DNA of 64,000 nt from contig NC_091469.1 of the NCBI RefSeq assembly GCF_036971445.1, forward strand, positions 159,340,001 to 159,404,000. The letters run 5' to 3'. This document shows positions 58,905 through 64,000 of the stretch, piece by piece. Under the pieces are notes generated by a model. That model was given only the letters and a program-made list of their open reading frames with translations, did no database searches and was not told the origin of the DNA. The position numbers were made by a program, and so were the translations under genes. This stretch comes from Narcine bancroftii. Taxonomy: Eukaryota. Every line of letters starts with the position of its first letter. Within the stretch, counting starts at the first letter, position 1.

Positions 58905-60067
58905 TAACCATATAACCATATAACCACTTACAGCACAGAACAGGCCAGTTCGGCCCTACTAGTCCATGCCATAGCAAATCCCCACCCTCCTAGTCCCACT
59001 GACCAGCACCCGGTCCATACCCCTCTAGTCCCCTCCTATCCATGTAACGATCCAGTCTTTCCTTAAATGTAACCAATAATCCCGCCTCGACCACGTCTGC
59101 CGGAAGCTCATTCCACATCCCCACCACCCTCTGCGTAAAGAAATTTCCCCTCATGTTCCCCCTATAATTTTCCCCCTTCAATCTTAAACCATGTCCTCTA
59201 GTTTGAATCTCCCCCTTTCTTAATTGAAAAAGCCTATCCACATTTACTCTGTCTGTCCCTTTTAAAATCTTAAACACCTCTATTAAGTCCCCTCTCAATC
59301 TTCTACGCTCCAGAGAAAAAAAGCCCCAGTCTGCACAACCTTTCTCTGTAACTCAGACCCTGAAATCCTGTCAACATTCTCGTGAACCTTCTCTGCACTC
59401 TCTCTATTTTGTTTATATCTTTCCTATAATTTGGTGACCAAAACTGTACACAGTACTCCAAATTTGGCCTCACCAATGCCTTGTACAATTTCATCATAAC
59501 CTCCCTACTCTTGAATTCAATACTCCGATTTATGAAGGCCAACATTCCAAATGCCTTCTTCACCACACCATCTACCTGAGTATCAGCCTTGAGGGTACTA
59601 TTTACCATCACTCCTAAATCCCTTTGTTGCTCTGCACTCCTCAATTGTCTACCATTCAATGTATATGACCTATTTAAATTTGCTTTTCCAAAATGCAGCA
59701 CCTCACATTTATCTGTATTAAATTCCATCAGCCATTTCTCAGCCCACACCTCCAGCCTTCCTAAATCACCTTTTAATCTACGGTAATCTACCTCACTGTC
59801 CACAACACCACCAATCTTTGTGTCATCCGCAAACTTGCTTATCCAATTTTCTACCCCTACATCCAGATCGTTAATATATATAACAAATAATAGTGGACCC
59901 AGGACCGAACCCTGAGGAACTCCACTAGTCACCGGCCTCCAATTGGACAAACAATTTTCTACCACTACTCTCTGACACCTCCCATCCATCCATTGCTGAA
60001 TCCATTTCACTACCTCCTTATTTATACCTAATTTATACCTAATGCCTCCACCTTTTTTCCTAACCAG
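58905..60067 (-). mobile_element. 5'-truncated CR1 in L1 ORF2
   Basis: Motifs SGVPQGSVLGP and KFADDTK. (TATGGTTA)n tail. GAATA on both sides, and the L1 frame ELKRI|IRKFLW resumes. Confidence 0.9.
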
Positions 60068-63000
60068 GAATAATAAGGAAATTCTTGTGGAAAGGGGGGA
60101 AACCGAGGGTAGCACTAGATAAATTAACAGAGTGGTACAAACAAGGTGGTTTGCAGTTACCAAACTTCAGAAATTATTATAGAGCAGCACAATTAAGGTA
60201 TTTATCAGATTTTTACCAGACGAGAGAAAAACCAGATTGGACTAAGATAAAACTAGATAAAATAGGAGAGAAGGTACCAGAATATATACTTTATAAGTGG
60301 GATGAAAAGCTGGTGCAATGTAACAGCTCACAAGTATTGCATCATTTACTTAATATTTATGGAAGAAGATATACATAGAAAATAAATTACCAAATACCAA
60401 AATAGTTATTGCCGCAAAATCCGCTAATCCCTTTTACAATAGATAACCTTTCCTTTAGAGAATGGGAAAGAAAAAGAATCAAGAAAATAGAAAATTGTTT
60501 TTTGGGAAATAATTTATTAACATTTGAACAGTTGAAGGACAAATATGGAATAACTCATGGTACAATGTTTGTATATCATCAACTGAAAGCTTATTTAAAG
60601 GATAAATTGGGAAACAGACTGAGATTAACAGAAGGAAGCAGCTTTGAATATGTGATTACAGACAATGATAATAAAAGGATTTATAACGAACATGTACATT
60701 AAGCTGCAAGTTAAAGAAAATGATGAAATAAGCTATAAACCTCAACAAAAGTGGGAAAAGGATTTAAACAAAAGATAAAAAATGAAACATGGGAAAAGTT
60801 ATGTTCTGGAACTATGAAGAATATAATAAACACGAGATTATACATGATTGGTTACACAGGTTATACATCACGCCTCAAAAATTAAAAGAATGGGATCCAA
60901 CAATATCAGACAGATGTTTTTGCTGTAAAAATGAAATGGGAACAAGAAAACATGCAATTTGGGCATGTACGAAAGTGAATACATTTTGGGAAGGAAGAAC
61001 TAAATCAGATATTAAATAAAATCACAAAAAAACAACCTATCAAAAAATCCAGAGATCTTTCTTTTAAGTAACATAAGTAGTAAAGAATTAGTCTTCAAAT
61101 TGGATAAAGCGCAAGAAAGATTCATTATGATAGCCTTAGCAGTAGCAAAAAAATGTATAATGAGAGTACAGCAATGGTACATGGAAATGAATAAATGTAT
61201 TCCATTGGAAAAAATAACATATCATTTAAAAAAATAAAGTTTGAACAAATTTTGGAACCGTACATCGAACATAACAGAGAGAGTTTGCCTCAAAATTCCA
61301 TCCCCTAAAAGGATAAGAAGACAAAACGATTTAATTTAGTGTGTAAAAGTAGATGGCACATTTTTCTTGTTTGTTTTATGGTTTTATTGTATTGTATATG
61401 TTGAATATTTATTGGTTTTGGAGGGGTGTGGGAAGGGGGGAGGGAGGGAAGGGGGAAAAAGGGGGAAAATGCCACTGTGTTTACTGAATGAGAAACGTTT
61501 GTACATATTTTGGTTGATATGGTTCACTGTGTGAGAAATAAAAAATGTTAAAAACTGAACAAGATTCATTAAACGTGACCTACCATGCAGAAAACCATGC
61601 TGACTGTCCTTAATCAGTCCATATCTGTCCAAATATCTACACATTCTATCTCTCAGAACTCCTAATAATTTACCTACTACTGACGTCCGGATCACTGGGC
61701 CATAGTTACCTGGTTTACTCTAGGAGCCTTCGTTAAACAGGGAGACAACAGGAGTCACTTTCCAATCCCCCAGCACCTCTCTTGTGGCCAAGGACATTTT
61801 GAATCTGACAGGGCCCCTGCAATTTCAACACTTGTTTCCCTCAAGGTCCAAGTGAATATTAGATCCGGCCCAGGGGATTTGTCCACCTTTATTCGCTGTC
61901 AGGCAGCAATCTCATCTCCCTCCTTAATCTCCATACATTTCATGACGTTTCTATTTGTTTCCCTTCCATTCGTAAGCAAAATGCCAGTTTCCTGAGTAAA
62001 TACTGATGCAAAAATAGTGTTTTGTTAGTCTCCATGCATCGTTGACCACTCTGATCCTCCCGGGGACCATTTTTCCCTTCCTGATTTCATTATTTAGTAT
62101 TCCCTTACATTTTCGATATTCTGTGAGTACCTCATTTGCTCCTTGTTACCTATAACCAGTTATACACCTCTCTCTTCTTCTTAATCCTATTACCAATATC
62201 CCTTGAAAACCATTGTTCCCTATGCCTGTTAATTTTCCCTTTAATCCTGGTAGGAACGTACCTCAAAATCTCGCCCTTGAATGCCTTCCACTTGTTGGAC
62301 GCATCCTTGCCAGAAAACAGTTTATTCCAATCATCTCCTTCAAGATCCTTTCTCATTTCGACAAAATTGGCCTTTCTCCAATGTAGAACCTCAACTCGAG
62401 GATCAGACTGATCCTTATCCATAAGTAACTTGAACTTAATGACATTATGGCCACTGGAACCAAAGTGCTCACCAACACAGACTTCTGCCACCTGACCTGC
62501 CTGGTTCCCTAATAGGAGATCAAGTATTGCATCCTCTCTCATTGGTACCTCAGCATATTGATTTAGAAAACTTTCCTGTAGACATTTGACAATCTCCAAG
62601 CCACCCAGTCCTTTCACAGTATGGGAGACCCATTCAATATGTGGAAAGTTAAGATCTCCTACTACCACAACTTTGCTTCTTACGATGGTCTGCCAGCTCC
62701 CGACAAATTTGTGCCTCTAATTCTCTCAAACTATCAGGTGGTCTATAATTCAAGCCTGTTAGTGTGTTCACACATTTACCATTCTTTAGCTCCATCCAAA
62801 TGGCCTCTGTCGACGAGCCCTCTGGACTCTCCTGTCTCAGCACAGCTGTGATATTTTCCCTGACTTGCAACACCACTCCTCTCCCTTTCATCGCCCCTGC
62901 CCCCATCACGTCTGAAGCAACAGAACTCCGGAACATTGAGCTGCCAGTCCTGTCCCTCCTGCAACCAAGTCTCACTAATAGCAAGAACATCATAATCCCA

Positions 63001-63219
63001 CATGGAAATCCACTTCCTAAACACATCTAACTTATTGACAATTTAAAATTGATACATCTGAGAACATTCCTATCATGTACAAACCTCTGCTTTCTGAATT
63101 TCCATTCTGTCCTGCTTTAACAGCTCTCCCTCTCTTTCTTTGTCACCATCTATTATCTCCATGGCTTCCTGGCCTTAATCAATTAACTCAATTCCAGCCT
63201 CCTGACTCCAACTCTAAAA

Positions 63220-63855
63220 ATGTTGAGGGAAACTTCTTCACACAGAGTGTGGTGGGAGTGTGGAACGGGCTGCCTGCTGAGGTGGTGAATGTGGGCTCAA
63301 TTTTAACATCTGAGAAGTATTTGGACAGGTACATGGTTGGGAGGGGTATGGAGGGATATGACCTGGGTACAGGTTAGTGGGACTAGGCAAAAAAATGGTT
63401 CAGCTCAGAATAGAAGGGCCGAAGAGTCCTGTTTCTGTGCTGTAATGTTCCATGGTTCTAAACAGTCCATTCAACCCTTCTAGTCTGTTCCAAACTATTA
63501 TTCTGCCTAGTCCCACTGACCATATTCCTCCAGACCCCTCCCATCCATGTACCTGTCCCCCTTGCTTGTTTCTTGTCTGTCAAACTCAAGTTGGCAGCTC
63601 GTTCCACACTCCCACTACTCTCTGTGTGAAAAGGTTCCTCCTGACATTCTCCCTGAACTTCTCCACTAACCCATGTCCTCCAGTTCTTGTTTCACTCCAA
63701 CCTCAGTGGAAAAAACCTACTCTGTGTTTACTCCTCAAAATTTTAAATACCTCGATCAAATCTCCCCTCATTCTTCTACGCTCCAAGGAACAAAGTCTTA
63801 ACCTGTTTAACCTTTCCCTGTACCTCAGTTCCTCAAGTCCCGGCAACATCCTCAT
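63220..63855. mobile_element. Two tail-to-tail CR1 3' fragments
   Basis: GNFFTQSVVGVWN on the + strand to ~63458, then a minus-strand CR1 3' end. Confidence 0.75.
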
Positions 63856-64000
63856 GAATCAAGTGAGGGTGGATTCTGGGCAGGTGCAACCAGGTGGTGG
63901 ATCAGGGAAGAGTTAAGTGATGGGGGAACCCGGTGGGGGGGGGGGGAGACAGGTAGATTATGGGGAATCAGGTGGGGTAGAGTGGGGTGAGACAGGTAGG

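Larger units (their letters stand above)
54013..61549 (+). mobile_element. Full-length inactivated L1 LINE (ORF1 ~54156-55570; ORF2 ~56031-61310)
   Basis: Motifs LENYSRRNNVKIVG, IGGDFN, YSRID, LDAEKVFDRVEW, TRQGCPLSP and LFADD. 14-bp TSD AAAAACTGAACAAG at 53999-54012 and 61550-61563. Confidence 0.93.
51925..63060 (-). mobile_element. Degraded CR1 ORF2 hosting a solo LTR and a full-length L1
   Basis: Endonuclease motifs (AISETWL, VVGDLNFP, EHFGSSGHN) at 62150-63026. RT pieces at 61560-61900, 53923-54010 and 52310-52937. Confidence 0.85.

Overview
Eukaryotic, transposon-saturated vertebrate DNA. The mix of CR1/L3, V-SINE (HE1-like), Rex1, RTE, Penelope, L1, Gypsy and hAT/Tc2 MITEs suggests a cartilaginous fish (shark or ray); this is an inference. 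The one host gene I can support is on the + strand: a Siglec-15-like Ig receptor with a candidate signal-peptide exon (25986-26046) and four phase-1/phase-1 V-type Ig exons (39355-39738, 42126-42521, 44235-44618, 50472-50865). These arose by intragenic duplication of a two-exon cassette, the last exon is frameshifted, and no transmembrane exon is visible in the window. The best novelty candidate is a pair of independently inserted, TSD-bounded ~2.8 kb L1-derived elements (27645-30435 and 34868-37632). They encode ORF1 only and, where ORF2 should be, carry an uninterrupted ~70-codon, strongly C-depleted fragment of cytosolic HSP90 that the ORF track missed. Other notable structure: a ~2.3 kb inverted segmental duplication (30-2369 vs 20954-23490) containing a hairpin/promoter-like core, a twin-primed 5'-inverted RTE, one target site used twice by L1-clade elements, and deep TE nesting. 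All family assignments come from motif recognition by eye, not database searches.
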